A stretch of DNA of 64,000 bases, taken from NCBI GenBank assembly GCA_903873705.1, contig CAIQPK010000081.1, forward strand, positions 24,989 to 88,988, given 5' to 3'. Positions 11,056-21,144 of this stretch are shown in pieces (the first letter of the stretch is position 1; each line of letters begins with the position of its first letter). The notes beneath the pieces are model-generated. The model was not told the DNA's origin. It was given only the letters and a program-made list of their open reading frames with translations, and searched no databases. Both the position numbers and the translations under genes were made by a program. Source of the stretch: an uncultured Acidobacteriota bacterium. Its GTDB lineage: Bacteria; Acidobacteriota; Terriglobia; Terriglobales; Acidobacteriaceae.

Positions 11056-11895
11056 CTAGCTGGCTTCGGGTTCGACCCACACTGGCTCGGAGGAGCTGAT
11101 GCGCGAGGGTTGTTGCGAGGGCATGGGGTAGGCCCTGATGCGGGCGAGCTGGAGCAGGATGGCGAATAGGAACGCGGGGTTATTGCGCAGGTAGCGGCGC
11201 CAGAGGTGGCGGGGGTCCTGCAGGAGGCGATGCAGCCACTGCAGGCCGCAGAGCTTGATCCAGTCTGCGCAATCGGCGATGCGGCCGGTGTGGAAGTCGA
11301 AGGCGGCGCCGACGCCGAACATGAGGGTGGTATCGAGCAGCGGAAGGAAGCGCGCCATGAAGCGTTCCTGGCGCGGGGTGCTGATGCCGACCCAGATGAT
11401 GTCGGGCTGGAGGCGGGCGACGGCGGCGATGAGGTCCTGCTCCTGCGCGGGGGAGAGCGGGCCGAAGGGCGGTGTGTAGGTGCCGACGATGCGGGTGTGG
11501 GGGAAGCGGGTGCGGAGGGAGTCGCGCAGTTCTTCGGCGATGCCGGGTTTGCCGCCGTAGAAGAAGTGGGTGACGTTTCGGAACTCTTCGCGCGAAAAAA
11601 TTTCGAGCATGAGGTCGGGGCCGGTGACGCGCTCCATGTGGCTGTGGCCCTGGTGGCGGCCGACCCAGACGGTGGGCATGCCGTCGGGCGCGGTGAGGGC
11701 GGAGTCGCAGAGAATCTGCGCGACGTCGGGGTTGCGCTGCGCTTCCATGACGCCGTGGACGCCGGCGAGGCAGACGTAGCCCTTGCGCTCCTGCTGCAGG
11801 CTGGCAGCGACGCGTGCCAGGGCCTGCTGCATGTTTACCGCGTCGATGCCGATGCCCAGGACGTTTGCCTTGGGGCGATCTATTCTGCTGCTCAA
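11056..11895 (-). CDS. WecB/TagA/CpsF (GT26) glycosyltransferase
   Basis: PDGMP, RVTGPDLM, VGISTPRQE, GVGAAFDF, GLQWLHRL. Confidence 0.92.
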   Translation of the reverse strand: MSSRIDRPKANVLGIGIDAVNMQQALARVAASLQQERKGYVCLAGVHGVMEAQRNPDVAQILCDSALTAPDGMPTVWVGRHQGHSHMERVTGPDLMLEIFSREEFRNVTHFFYGGKPGIAEELRDSLRTRFPHTRIVGTYTPPFGPLSPAQEQDLIAAVARLQPDIIWVGISTPRQERFMARFLPLLDTTLMFGVGAAFDFHTGRIADCADWIKLCGLQWLHRLLQDPRHLWRRYLRNNPAFLFAILLQLARIRAYPMPSQQPSRISSSEPVWVEPEAS

Positions 11896-13067
11896 GGCCG
11901 ACCTCTTTCCAACGAATGAACTAAATTGCTGCTGGAGCCCGCGGCGCGCGCCTGGCTGAGGCGCGTGTACATGCCGATGTAGGCCTCCGCGATGCGGGGG
12001 CTGGAAAAGCGCTCGACGGCGGACTCACGGAATTTGAAGCTGGCGCGTGCGCGTTGCACGGCCTTCACGAAGGCGTCTTCACCGTTGGGCTCGAGTGCGG
12101 CGTAGTAGCAGTACGATCCGCCGACTTCGCGGAAAGCGGCGATGTCCGAGCAGACGACGCGGGTGTGGTGCAGCATGGCTTCGACGATGGGCAGGCCGAA
12201 GCCTTCGACCAGCGAGGGAGCGAGCAGGAACTCGCAGTGGCCGTAGCACCAGGCGAGCTCGGCGTCGTCGATGCCACGCAGCAGAATGATGTGGGGAGCG
12301 AGGCCGCTCTCCCGGATGAACTGGTGGATGCGCTCGGTTTCAGGGCCCTCGATGCCGACGATAACCAGCTTTGCCGTGCCGAGGAGGAGGCCTTCGAAGA
12401 GGAGGCGGCGGAAAACCCTGATGGCGAAGAGGATGTTCTTGTTGCGGCGGTGTTGCGCGACGCAGAGGACGAAGGGCTCGTCGCTCCAGCCGGGGATGGG
12501 GCTGGCTGCGGACATGGCGGGGCCGGGGTCGACGCAGTTGAAAATTTTGCTGGCCTTCTGCACGACCTGGCGGGGGACGATCATGTCGAGGCGCTGCAAG
12601 GTGCTGTCGGAGACGCAGGCGATGGTGTCTGCGGAGCGCAGGCACTGCTGGAGGAAGAGGCGGTTGAAGAGCATCTTGGGGAAGCCGAAGTTGGCGGGGA
12701 TGTCGTACGGGTAGAGGTCGTGCAAGGTGACGACGGTGGGGCAGGGGCAGGCGCCGCGGCGGAGCGGTGCGGGGTAGGCGAGGTGCACGATGTCGGCGTT
12801 GAGCTTGCGGGCGAGGCGGGGGAGACGGAAGTAGTACCATGCGTTGCGGCCGATGGCGCCGCGGGTGACGGGGACTTCGTGCAGGTGGAGGCGGGGGTCG
12901 GTGCAGTCGAGGGTGGAGCGCACGGCGGCGGTCTGCCAGGGAGCGACGGCGACATGTACCTCGGTGACTTCCGCACGCGAGAGCAGGCAGCGCACCACGT
13001 TGATGGCGTGGCGGGAGACGCCGGAGAGGTGTTCGGATGAGGCGACCAGGGCGATGAGGACTTTCAT
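11892..13067 (-). CDS. GT4-family glycosyltransferase
   Basis: True start MKVLIAL at 13067 (ATGA overlap with the flippase stop); VTLHDL, PSLVEGFGLPIVEAM. Confidence 0.9.
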   Translation of the reverse strand: MKVLIALVASSEHLSGVSRHAINVVRCLLSRAEVTEVHVAVAPWQTAAVRSTLDCTDPRLHLHEVPVTRGAIGRNAWYYFRLPRLARKLNADIVHLAYPAPLRRGACPCPTVVTLHDLYPYDIPANFGFPKMLFNRLFLQQCLRSADTIACVSDSTLQRLDMIVPRQVVQKASKIFNCVDPGPAMSAASPIPGWSDEPFVLCVAQHRRNKNILFAIRVFRRLLFEGLLLGTAKLVIVGIEGPETERIHQFIRESGLAPHIILLRGIDDAELAWCYGHCEFLLAPSLVEGFGLPIVEAMLHHTRVVCSDIAAFREVGGSYCYYAALEPNGEDAFVKAVQRARASFKFRESAVERFSSPRIAEAYIGMYTRLSQARAAGSSSNLVHSLERGRP

Positions 13068-14386
13068 GCGTCCTCGCAGACTGGCAGTATGCCGGGGGAA
13101 GGGATGGAGGTCGCGGGTAGGCGAAGGAGCCGCGCGAGCGGGAGATACATGGCGAGACTGACAAGGCCGAAGGCGATGCGCGCGAATGCGACGCCGCGGA
13201 TGCCGGTGCGGGGGAGCAGGCAGGCCATCAGAGCGAGCATGGCTGCGCCCGCGACGAGGCCGACGAGGGTGACGGACTTGACGCGGCCCAGCGCGAGCAG
13301 GGCGTAGTACGCGGTGACGCTGAGGGCGAGGAGAGCGAAGCTCCAGACGATGGTGGTGAAGATGGGTTTGGCTGCGGTGGCTATCGCGGGGCCGACCCAG
13401 AGGCGGAGCAGCGTGTTGCCGCAGAGCAGAGCGAGTACGGTGACGAGGGCGACGAAGGCGAGGTTCGCAGTGAAGGCGATGGCGACGCGGCGGCGCAGGG
13501 CGGAGAGCGTCGAGGTAGCCTGGCGCGCTGCGAGGTACGGGAAGAGGAAGTGCAGGCCGGCGGCAGCGAGGCCGTAAATGGGTTGTGCTATCTGGACGCA
13601 GAGGGCATAGGCGGTGACGGTGGCTGCGCCGAGCGAAGCGCCGAGGATGAGGCGGTCGGCCTGGCTGAAGAGGACGCTGGAGACGGCCTGCATCCAACTG
13701 AAGATGCCGAAGCTGAAGAGGACGGTGAGAGCAGCGCGGTCGAAGGTGGGCGCGAGGTGCGGGGTTTGCAGGAAGGTTTGCAGGCGGATGATCTGGGCGA
13801 TGAGGCCGAGGGTGGTGAGCGTTGCGGTGAGGACCATGATGCTGACGACGCCGTAGCCGAGGCGGGTGAGGACGACCGCGACGGCGATGGTGAGAACGCG
13901 GAGAATGAGGCTGATGCGGACGGCTTCGCCGTAGCGCTCGAAGGCCCGCTGGGTGCTGATGCAGACGCTTTCGAGCGCGCGGATGAGCATGAGGAGGCAG
14001 GCGATGCGGAGCGCGGCAATGCAGGCGGCTTGCAGCGTGGCGTCAGTGGGGACGGCGTGGCGCGCGAGGGAGGGAACGAAGGGCAGCGCGATGAGGGCGA
14101 GTGCGGTTCCCAATGCGAGATTGATGCCCATCATGCTGCGCACGGCGCGGAGGAGGGCGTCGCGGTTGTTGAGGCTGTTCATGGTGGCGACGTGCTGAGT
14201 GTTGGCGTCGCCGAAGCCCGAAGCGACGATGCCGCCGACGCTGACTGCCGCGGAGCAGACGATCCATACGCCGTACTGCGCGACGCCGAGGTGGTGCAGC
14301 AGAGCGGGGGCGGCGACGAGCATGGCGGCGGGGTAAGCGGCGTAGTCGAGCACACCGTAGGCGGCGTTGGAGAGGTGGGCCCTCAT
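13064..14386 (-). CDS. Wzx-type oligosaccharide flippase
   Basis: Multi-TM protein, LGVAQYG, SQADRLILG, in an EPS context. Confidence 0.85.
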   Translation of the reverse strand: MRAHLSNAAYGVLDYAAYPAAMLVAAPALLHHLGVAQYGVWIVCSAAVSVGGIVASGFGDANTQHVATMNSLNNRDALLRAVRSMMGINLALGTALALIALPFVPSLARHAVPTDATLQAACIAALRIACLLMLIRALESVCISTQRAFERYGEAVRISLILRVLTIAVAVVLTRLGYGVVSIMVLTATLTTLGLIAQIIRLQTFLQTPHLAPTFDRAALTVLFSFGIFSWMQAVSSVLFSQADRLILGASLGAATVTAYALCVQIAQPIYGLAAAGLHFLFPYLAARQATSTLSALRRRVAIAFTANLAFVALVTVLALLCGNTLLRLWVGPAIATAAKPIFTTIVWSFALLALSVTAYYALLALGRVKSVTLVGLVAGAAMLALMACLLPRTGIRGVAFARIAFGLVSLAMYLPLARLLRLPATSIPSPGILPVCEDA

Positions 14387-15639
14387 TGCGCGCCCCCTGT
14401 TGCCGGGGTGTTGCGGCGCAGGCGGGCGCGGAGGGTTGCCGAGACTTCTTTGACGAGGGTGCGGCGCGGGTCGAGGGGGTCGATCTGCTGCCAGCGGTGG
14501 CGGAAGAGGACGTAGACCGCTGTCACGATCAGGATGAAGCCGGTGAGGCCGAGCATGATGTAGAGGCGCGGGGGGAAAGACTTCTTTTCGGCCAGGATGG
14601 GGGCGTCGATGACGCGGACGACGGGGGTGTCCTTGGCTTCTTCAATGCGGGCCATCTCATCCTGCTGCGAGAGGAGCTCGAAGACGGTTTCCTGGATGCG
14701 GACGGTGCGGTAGAGGTTGGCGTAGGGCACGGCGAGGCGTGGCAGTTGACGTAGCGACGGGTAGGGGTTGCTGTCGGTGGTGGCGGTGGGCAGGTCGGCG
14801 CCGCTGCCGTTCATCTTGGCGAGTTCGCCGTGCAGGCTGGCGATGCGGGCGCGGGCGGAGCGGACGCGGACGTTGTCGGCGCCATAAATCTGTTCGAGGC
14901 CGCCGAGCTCGGACTCGGCGACGATGACTTCGGCCTGGAGGCGCGCGGTGGCGTCGACCATGGCGCGGGTTTGTTCCTTGGGGTCGAGCGTGGTGGTGGT
15001 GCTGGAGAATTCGCTGAGGGCCTTCTGCGCGGTCTGCAGGTCGTGCTGCACGGTGACGAGGCGGCGCTCGATGAACTCGCGCTCCGTGCGTGCGGAGGAG
15101 ACGTTGGCGCGGGTGACGGTGGTGTTGAGCTCCTCGAGATAGGCCTGGGTGATGGCGCGGGCACGCTCGGGGTCGGTGTCGGTGTAGGTGATGGAGATGA
15201 TGCCGCTCTTTTTGTCTTCGACGACGGCGGTGTGCTTGATGAGGTACTTAAGCGTGTCGACGCGATAGCGCTGGTGGTAGACGTGCTGGAGGTCGAAGCG
15301 GTCGATGATGTGGTCGCAGACGGAGCGGCTCTGCAGCAGATCCATGAATATGGCGCTGGTGGTGCGCACCCCCATGAAGCCTCCGGCAAGGGAGCTGAGA
15401 CCGCCGAGACCGGAGGAGGCGCGGCCGGCGAGGGAGGCAAGCAGGGCAGACGCACCGCCACCCTGCTCGGGTGGCATGATGCTGGCGGTGGACTCGTACT
15501 GCTTGGGGATGAGGAAAGCGATTCCGGTGCTGAGCGCCAGGGCAACGATGCCGACGCGCAACAGCAGCCGGCGCTCGCTCCACAGGAGCGAGGCGTTGGT
15601 CGTCCAATTTGCGACGGGTTGGGGGGCTTGCTCCATCAC
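14383..15639 (-). CDS. polysaccharide co-polymerase / chain-length determinant (Wzz/GumC type, no kinase domain)
   Basis: N-terminal TM, YESTASIMPP, coiled coil, VRVIDAP..KKSFPPR then TM. Confidence 0.88.
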   Translation of the reverse strand: MMEQAPQPVANWTTNASLLWSERRLLLRVGIVALALSTGIAFLIPKQYESTASIMPPEQGGGASALLASLAGRASSGLGGLSSLAGGFMGVRTTSAIFMDLLQSRSVCDHIIDRFDLQHVYHQRYRVDTLKYLIKHTAVVEDKKSGIISITYTDTDPERARAITQAYLEELNTTVTRANVSSARTEREFIERRLVTVQHDLQTAQKALSEFSSTTTTLDPKEQTRAMVDATARLQAEVIVAESELGGLEQIYGADNVRVRSARARIASLHGELAKMNGSGADLPTATTDSNPYPSLRQLPRLAVPYANLYRTVRIQETVFELLSQQDEMARIEEAKDTPVVRVIDAPILAEKKSFPPRLYIMLGLTGFILIVTAVYVLFRHRWQQIDPLDPRRTLVKEVSATLRARLRRNTPATGGAQ

Positions 15640-18536
15640 AGCACCCCTGCTACGGCGGCGGTGATGGCGATGGATGAGGTGATCTGCGCGACGGTGAGCA
15701 GGTTGCGCCAGAGCAGTGAGCCGCCGATGATCTTCTGCGGAACGACGATGACATCGCCGGGGTTCATGCGCGTGGAGAGCACGCTATCCGACCAGCCGCC
15801 GGAACGTTTACCGATGACCAGGCCATTGGCGCGGACGATGAAGATCTCCTTGCGGTTGGCGACTTCGTTGGTGCTGCCCGCGCGGTCGAGATACCAGCTG
15901 GCCTTTTTGCCGGGAACGAAGGTGATCGCGGAGGCGTTGTAGACCTGGCCGCTGACGAGGACGAAGCCGGGCTGCTTGGGCACGGTGAGTACGTCGCCGC
16001 TGCGCATTTCGATGTCCGCGTCGGTGTTGGCCCAGCTGTCGATGTCTGCCGAGACGTGGATAACGAGGCGTCCGCTGGCGGGCTGGCTGCGGAGGCGCTG
16101 CAGGACTTCGTTCTGCTGCTGCTCGGCGGCGGCGATGGTGGCGGCCTGGTCGCCGGCGAGGTTGGGCGCGAGGCGAGCGGATGCGGCGCTGGTTTCGATC
16201 TGGTGGATGAGTTCGAGGCGGCTCTTTTCTTCGAGTTGGCGAACCTGGGTGCGGACGAGAATGGCGCCGTCGGCGTATGCCGTGCCGCGCAAGCCGCCGG
16301 CGCGACGCAGGACGGAGCTGAGGCGCTCGCCTTCCTGCAGGCCGTAGCTGCCAGGGAACTTTACTTCTCCGTCGAGGGTGACGGATGCGCCGATATCGTT
16401 CCAGCCGGAAATCTGGTGGATGGTGAGAATGTCGCCGGGTTTGAGTGGGGTGTCCGCGGCGCGGTTGTTGGCGAGGAGGGCGGCGCCGATGTTGATTTCT
16501 GTGCGCTGGCTGACAGTCTTTTCGCCGTTCTGCACGGTGTAGCTGGCGAGATCGGCGGAGTCGATGAGGGCGTCGCGCTTGAGGCCGCCGGCCATGCGTA
16601 CGAGCTGGGCGGCGGTCATGCCGGCGGGGAAGGCGTACTCGCCAGGGTGCTGGACTTCGCCGCGGATGGTGACGTGGGGAGCGTCCTGCTCGTAACGGCC
16701 GAAGATGCGGACGGTGTCGAAGGGCTGGAGCGGGAGGTTGACGTTGCCGATGAGGGCGTCGGCGACGTTGAACTCGATGGCTTCGGGATGGAGGTCGGGC
16801 GGGACGAGGCGGATGATGTCGCCTATGGCGGCGGGCTCGGGGAGTAGGTCCTGGTAGCTGCGGATGACGTCGGCCAGGGTCATGCCGTCGTGGAAGGGCA
16901 GCTTGCCGGGGCGGGCGACGTGGCCCTGCACGTAGACAGCGCGCTGGCTGTAGGGCAGGATGGCGCCGACGTGGATGCGGTCGCCATCTTTTACCGCGAC
17001 GGCGGTAAGGCGCTGCTGGGCGAGCTCGGCGGGGGCGGAGGCGGGGAGGTCGACGTTGACGGTTTCGCGCTGCTGGTTGGGTTGAACGCGGTCGATGGTG
17101 ATGTGGTTGAGCGCGGCGGTGACGGTGGCGCCGCCGGCGTCGGTGAGCAGCTCGGCGAGGGTGGTGTTGGCTTTCAGCTCGTAGATCGCGGCGCGGCGGA
17201 CCATGCCGTAGACCGCGACTTGCGGACCGGCGGGCGGGACGAGCAGGGTGTCGCCGGCCTGGAGGCGTTCTTCGCTGCCACGGAGGCCGTGGAGGAGGAA
17301 GTCGTAGAGGTCGATCTCGCGGATGAGCTGGGCGCCGCGCATGTGGCGGACTATGCGCAGCGAGCCGACGCTGGTGGGGCCGCCGGCGGCGTAGAGCGCG
17401 TTGATGGTGGTGGAGAGGGAGCTGAGGTCGTAGGCGCCGGGGCGCTGCACGTCGCCGGTGACGTAGACGCGGACGGTGCGGAGGCGGGCGATGGCGAGGT
17501 CGACGCGGGCGTCGCGGAACTGCTGGCGGAGTGCGGCCTGCACGGCTTCCTGTGCGTGCTGCAGGGTGAGTCCGGCGAGGACGATGGCACCGGCCTCGGG
17601 CAACGCAATTTTGCCTTCACGGTCGATGACGCGGGTGAAGCTTTGCGAGAGCCCGCCGGAGAGCGTGATGGTGAGGCCGTCACCGGTGCCGAGGACGTAG
17701 TCGGGGCCGACGGGGACGTCCATGGGAAGGTCGCGGGGGATGGAGGCGGAGTGGTCGCCGAGCGGGTCGTCGCGATTGATGAAGACGTCGGAGCCGAAGC
17801 GCCTGAGGTTGGTGTCATCCTGCGGGAGCTGGGTGTAGAGATCGCGCATGGCGAGCAGGTTGTAGGGCGCGGGGACGTGGAGGACTTCGGGTTTGTCGGT
17901 GCTGCTGCGGGTGGTGTCTTTGCGTGCGGAGGTATCGGCGCGCTGCAATGGCGTGGTGGCGGGGGCGCGTCGGTTGGTGGTGGTCCGGTCCTGGAGGCGC
18001 TCGTCGTTGGGGGAGGAGGACGGGAAGGAATCGGCGTCGTTGCGCGAAGCGGTGAGGGGGTCCGGGCCGTTGAGGCTGTCACGGCGGTCGACGTTGTTGT
18101 CGCTGGAAGTGGTGAGCGAACGATGCAGTTCGGCGTCGGAGACGTAGCCGCGGGCGCGGAGCCACTCGGTAATGCCGGCGCGGAGATCGGAGCTGGAGGC
18201 GATCTGTCGGGTGAGGGTGTCGTCGGTAATGGCGTCGGCCTGGACACGGATGCCCTGCTGCTGGAGGGTGTCGGCGAGCACGGATTTGAGCTCGGGGACG
18301 AGCTCGGGATGCTGCTGCAGGATCTGGTCGATCTCCGCGGCGGAGAGCGCGGTGCGGGAGCTGAGGTTGGTGGAGGTGGAATTCTGCGATGGAGTGGCGC
18401 TGGCAGTGTCGTCCGCAGTGGAGCGGGGCGATGCCTGTTGCAGCTGGGAGTAGGCGGCATTGCCTTGAAACGCTAGCAGGCAGAGCGTTGCAGGAAGCAC
18501 GCGGCGAGCGAGCCGGGATGGGAGTGTGAGGGTCAT
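15636..18536 (-). CDS. SLBB-repeat polysaccharide export protein (Wza/KpsD-like)
   Basis: PDYVLGTGD, IDREGKIALP, repeated V.G.V..PG.Y SLBB units, PGDVIVVP. Confidence 0.92.
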   Translation of the reverse strand: MTLTLPSRLARRVLPATLCLLAFQGNAAYSQLQQASPRSTADDTASATPSQNSTSTNLSSRTALSAAEIDQILQQHPELVPELKSVLADTLQQQGIRVQADAITDDTLTRQIASSSDLRAGITEWLRARGYVSDAELHRSLTTSSDNNVDRRDSLNGPDPLTASRNDADSFPSSSPNDERLQDRTTTNRRAPATTPLQRADTSARKDTTRSSTDKPEVLHVPAPYNLLAMRDLYTQLPQDDTNLRRFGSDVFINRDDPLGDHSASIPRDLPMDVPVGPDYVLGTGDGLTITLSGGLSQSFTRVIDREGKIALPEAGAIVLAGLTLQHAQEAVQAALRQQFRDARVDLAIARLRTVRVYVTGDVQRPGAYDLSSLSTTINALYAAGGPTSVGSLRIVRHMRGAQLIREIDLYDFLLHGLRGSEERLQAGDTLLVPPAGPQVAVYGMVRRAAIYELKANTTLAELLTDAGGATVTAALNHITIDRVQPNQQRETVNVDLPASAPAELAQQRLTAVAVKDGDRIHVGAILPYSQRAVYVQGHVARPGKLPFHDGMTLADVIRSYQDLLPEPAAIGDIIRLVPPDLHPEAIEFNVADALIGNVNLPLQPFDTVRIFGRYEQDAPHVTIRGEVQHPGEYAFPAGMTAAQLVRMAGGLKRDALIDSADLASYTVQNGEKTVSQRTEINIGAALLANNRAADTPLKPGDILTIHQISGWNDIGASVTLDGEVKFPGSYGLQEGERLSSVLRRAGGLRGTAYADGAILVRTQVRQLEEKSRLELIHQIETSAASARLAPNLAGDQAATIAAAEQQQNEVLQRLRSQPASGRLVIHVSADIDSWANTDADIEMRSGDVLTVPKQPGFVLVSGQVYNASAITFVPGKKASWYLDRAGSTNEVANRKEIFIVRANGLVIGKRSGGWSDSVLSTRMNPGDVIVVPQKIIGGSLLWRNLLTVAQITSSIAITAAVAGVL

Positions 18537-19846
18537 GCGGCGGGTGTCTTTCTGGTGCGGGAGGCGTCGGTGTGCGGGCGGGGAGCACGGCGGTCGAGTG
18601 CGGCCAGCTGACGTTTCCAGCGGGCGGCTTCGCGAACGTAGCGCAGGCCTTCGACGACGTGGAAGCGGAGGCGAAACAGGATGTAACGGAGTTGGAGGAG
18701 CTCGGCGCGCAGTCGGCGTGTGGGGCCGCCGCTGGGGTCAACGTGCACAATGCGCGGAACACGGCGCAGGGGAAGCAGGCTGGCGCGCTTTTCTTTCTGC
18801 CAGGTGCGGTCGTTGGGGTGGAGTTCGTCGCGGAGCAGAAGGTAGCGCTTGGTGGCGGAGTGGCCCTGGAGGAAGTTGTTAGCGCCGTGGGTTTCGGCCC
18901 ACAGGCGAATGCCGATGGGGAGGCGGTCGAGCGTCCAGGTGTTGAGGTACGCGGGCGCTTCACCGCCGAAGAGCCGGGTGGCGAGCAGCGTGGCGACGCC
19001 GATGGCGATGGGGGTCGTGCGGTCATCGCGAGAGCGATCGCGGACGTCATTCCAGAAGCGCTGGCTGGTGGCGTGGGCGTCGAGGTTGCGCTTGTACTCG
19101 AGCAGCCACGAGAGGCGGGTGGAAGGGCTGCAGAGATGAGCGAAGAGATGCTTTACCTGGGCAAGGAACTGATCGGCATCGGAGAGTACGGGGAAGTCGC
19201 CGCCTTCCCAGGCGCGGGTGTTGAGGCGGTCGAGGCGTGGGTCGCGGGCGGGTTGTTGCGTGGCGGCATCCGAAGTGAAGTGCAGCTCGACGGAGCGCTG
19301 CGGACGCGGCTTGTAGTGGTCTTCGATGCGGACGAGGTCATAGACGCCGGTCTTGAACTCACGCACGGTGCGCGTGGAGCCGGTGAGGACGTAACCCGCA
19401 TCGACGAGAAGCGCGCTGCACAGGTCGACGTGCTTTCCATCTACGAGAAAGTCGAGGTCGAGCTGGCAGCGCAGCTCCGGAGACGGGGAGGAGTCCGGAG
19501 TAAGCGTGAAACCCTTGAGGTTGCAGAAGTCGATTCCGGCTTGCTGGAACGCCTGGTTGAGGCTGACGAAGTCGGCGAAGAGAGCGGCGGTGCGGGCGCG
19601 GTTGTCCGAGCGATTCTGGCGAAGGCGGGTCAGGACTTCGATGGGGAGCACGCCTTCGATGCCGGCAGACTCAACCTGGGCGAGGAAGTAGAGGGCCATG
19701 CCGCTGGCGTCGAGCCAGTTGCAGGAACGGGCCCATTGGCGGAGCTCGACCATGGCGATAGATTGGCGTGCGCGGAGTTCGGGCTCCGAGAAGACGGAAA
19801 GAACCGCTTCTACGACCTCCCTGTCTCCTGTGGCACTCCACTTCAT
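18533..19846 (-). CDS. nucleotidyltransferase family protein (NTP_transf_5-like)
   Basis: LKGFTL..P..ELRCQLDLDFLV...VELHF signature; stop overlaps the Wza start. Confidence 0.8.
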   Translation of the reverse strand: MKWSATGDREVVEAVLSVFSEPELRARQSIAMVELRQWARSCNWLDASGMALYFLAQVESAGIEGVLPIEVLTRLRQNRSDNRARTAALFADFVSLNQAFQQAGIDFCNLKGFTLTPDSSPSPELRCQLDLDFLVDGKHVDLCSALLVDAGYVLTGSTRTVREFKTGVYDLVRIEDHYKPRPQRSVELHFTSDAATQQPARDPRLDRLNTRAWEGGDFPVLSDADQFLAQVKHLFAHLCSPSTRLSWLLEYKRNLDAHATSQRFWNDVRDRSRDDRTTPIAIGVATLLATRLFGGEAPAYLNTWTLDRLPIGIRLWAETHGANNFLQGHSATKRYLLLRDELHPNDRTWQKEKRASLLPLRRVPRIVHVDPSGGPTRRLRAELLQLRYILFRLRFHVVEGLRYVREAARWKRQLAALDRRAPRPHTDASRTRKTPAA

Positions 19847-19873
19847 GATGACGATCTCCTTGCGGGGTGGCCC

Positions 19874-20344
19874 CTAATGGGAATAGATGGCCGGTTCGCC
19901 CAGGCTTCCCGCGGGGGGAAGGTGGCGAAGGTAAAGCACGATGGACCAGCGCTCGTCATCGCTGAGGATGGTTTTCGAGGCGGGCATGCCGGAGGGCGAA
20001 ATACCGTTGTCGAGGATCCACTTGAGCTGGCCGTCGGTGTAACGCTGGACGTCCGCCGAGGCCAGCGACGGCAGCGGCGGCGAAAGGGTCTCGGCGAAGG
20101 GGACGCCGGTGTTCTGGCCGTCGAGCCCGTGGCAGGCAGTGCAGTAATGGCCGAAGGCTTCTTTTCCGGCGGCGAGATTTTGAGCATTCATCGCCATCGG
20201 GTTCCTTTGCGACTTGTTTCGCACCGTGATGTGGTGCTTGGTGAAGACGACGACATGGGTTTCAAACTTTGATGGCGGGCTTACTCTGCAACCGCCCAGC
20301 AGCACGGCGGCCAACAGCAGGGCGAAGCGGATAGGGGCCCGCAT
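19874..20344 (-). CDS. c-type cytochrome (lipoprotein)
   Basis: Start MRAPIRF at 20344; lipobox LLGGC; CTACH; GISPSGMP. Confidence 0.88.
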   Translation of the reverse strand: MRAPIRFALLLAAVLLGGCRVSPPSKFETHVVVFTKHHITVRNKSQRNPMAMNAQNLAAGKEAFGHYCTACHGLDGQNTGVPFAETLSPPLPSLASADVQRYTDGQLKWILDNGISPSGMPASKTILSDDERWSIVLYLRHLPPAGSLGEPAIYSH

Positions 20345-20346
20345 GG

Positions 20347-20712
20347 CTACTCCGTTACGTGCATAACCAGCTGCATACCGCCGTGGCCCGAACCGCAGAA
20401 GCTGGAGCACTGGCCGACGAAGTCGCCGGCCTGGGTGGCGGTGAAGGTGACTTCCTTGGTTTCGCCCTTGGCTCCGTAAAGGGTGACGGCGGGTTCCGTG
20501 AACTTGATGCCGTGGGAGAAGTCCTGGCTGGTAAGGGAAATGGTGACGGGCACCCCCTTTTTCACGGTGATCTCTGCCGGCGAGAACTCGTAGCGGCGGG
20601 CGGTGATGGCGATCTTCTGGGGCGCGTCTTCGCGGGCCATGTGGCGGGCCGCGGCGTAGTTGACGGCGGTGAGGGCGAGGATGGCCATGGTGGCTACGGC
20701 TCTGGTTTTCAT
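20347..20712 (-). CDS. stand-alone CuA-type cupredoxin (CoxII C-terminal-like)
   Basis: Signal peptide; H..CSSFCGSGHGGM dinuclear CuA motif; no CoxII TM helices. Confidence 0.88.
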   Translation of the reverse strand: MKTRAVATMAILALTAVNYAAARHMAREDAPQKIAITARRYEFSPAEITVKKGVPVTISLTSQDFSHGIKFTEPAVTLYGAKGETKEVTFTATQAGDFVGQCSSFCGSGHGGMQLVMHVTE

Positions 20713-20785
20713 CGGGGTGACTATCTCCTGAAATGCAGTGCGGCGGTGCGGCGTTGGCTACCGGGGAGGGTAGGGGGCGTCGCCC

Positions 20786-21094
20786 CTAAGGGCGAAGGAA
20801 GTGGAGGATGTCGCGCTCGTCCTGGGCATTGAGCGTGGCGCGGACGCGCATGTGGCGCACGACCGTGCCGACGATGCGCGGGGAGAGCGACTCCGGTGCG
20901 TTGTGGCAACGGTTGCAGTTCTGCTGGAACTTGAGTTCGCCGGGGTCCTGCTTGGCGACCGTGCGCGGGCGGACTGGAGCGGGCGGTTTGGCCGCCTGTG
21001 CTGCCGCGTGGCCTGCTAAGAGGGCTGCGGTACTGAAAAGCACAGCGCCGAGGAGGAAATAATGCTGCGGAAAGCTGGGGAAATGAAGTCGCAT
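20786..21094 (-). CDS. small c-type cytochrome
   Basis: Signal peptide, CNRCH, distal Met (RHMRVR). Confidence 0.85.
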   Translation of the reverse strand: MRLHFPSFPQHYFLLGAVLFSTAALLAGHAAAQAAKPPAPVRPRTVAKQDPGELKFQQNCNRCHNAPESLSPRIVGTVVRHMRVRATLNAQDERDILHFLRP

Positions 21095-21144
21095 AGAGGC
21101 TAGATCGTCCTGTGCCCCAAGCTAACAATGCGCACTTGACGAGG

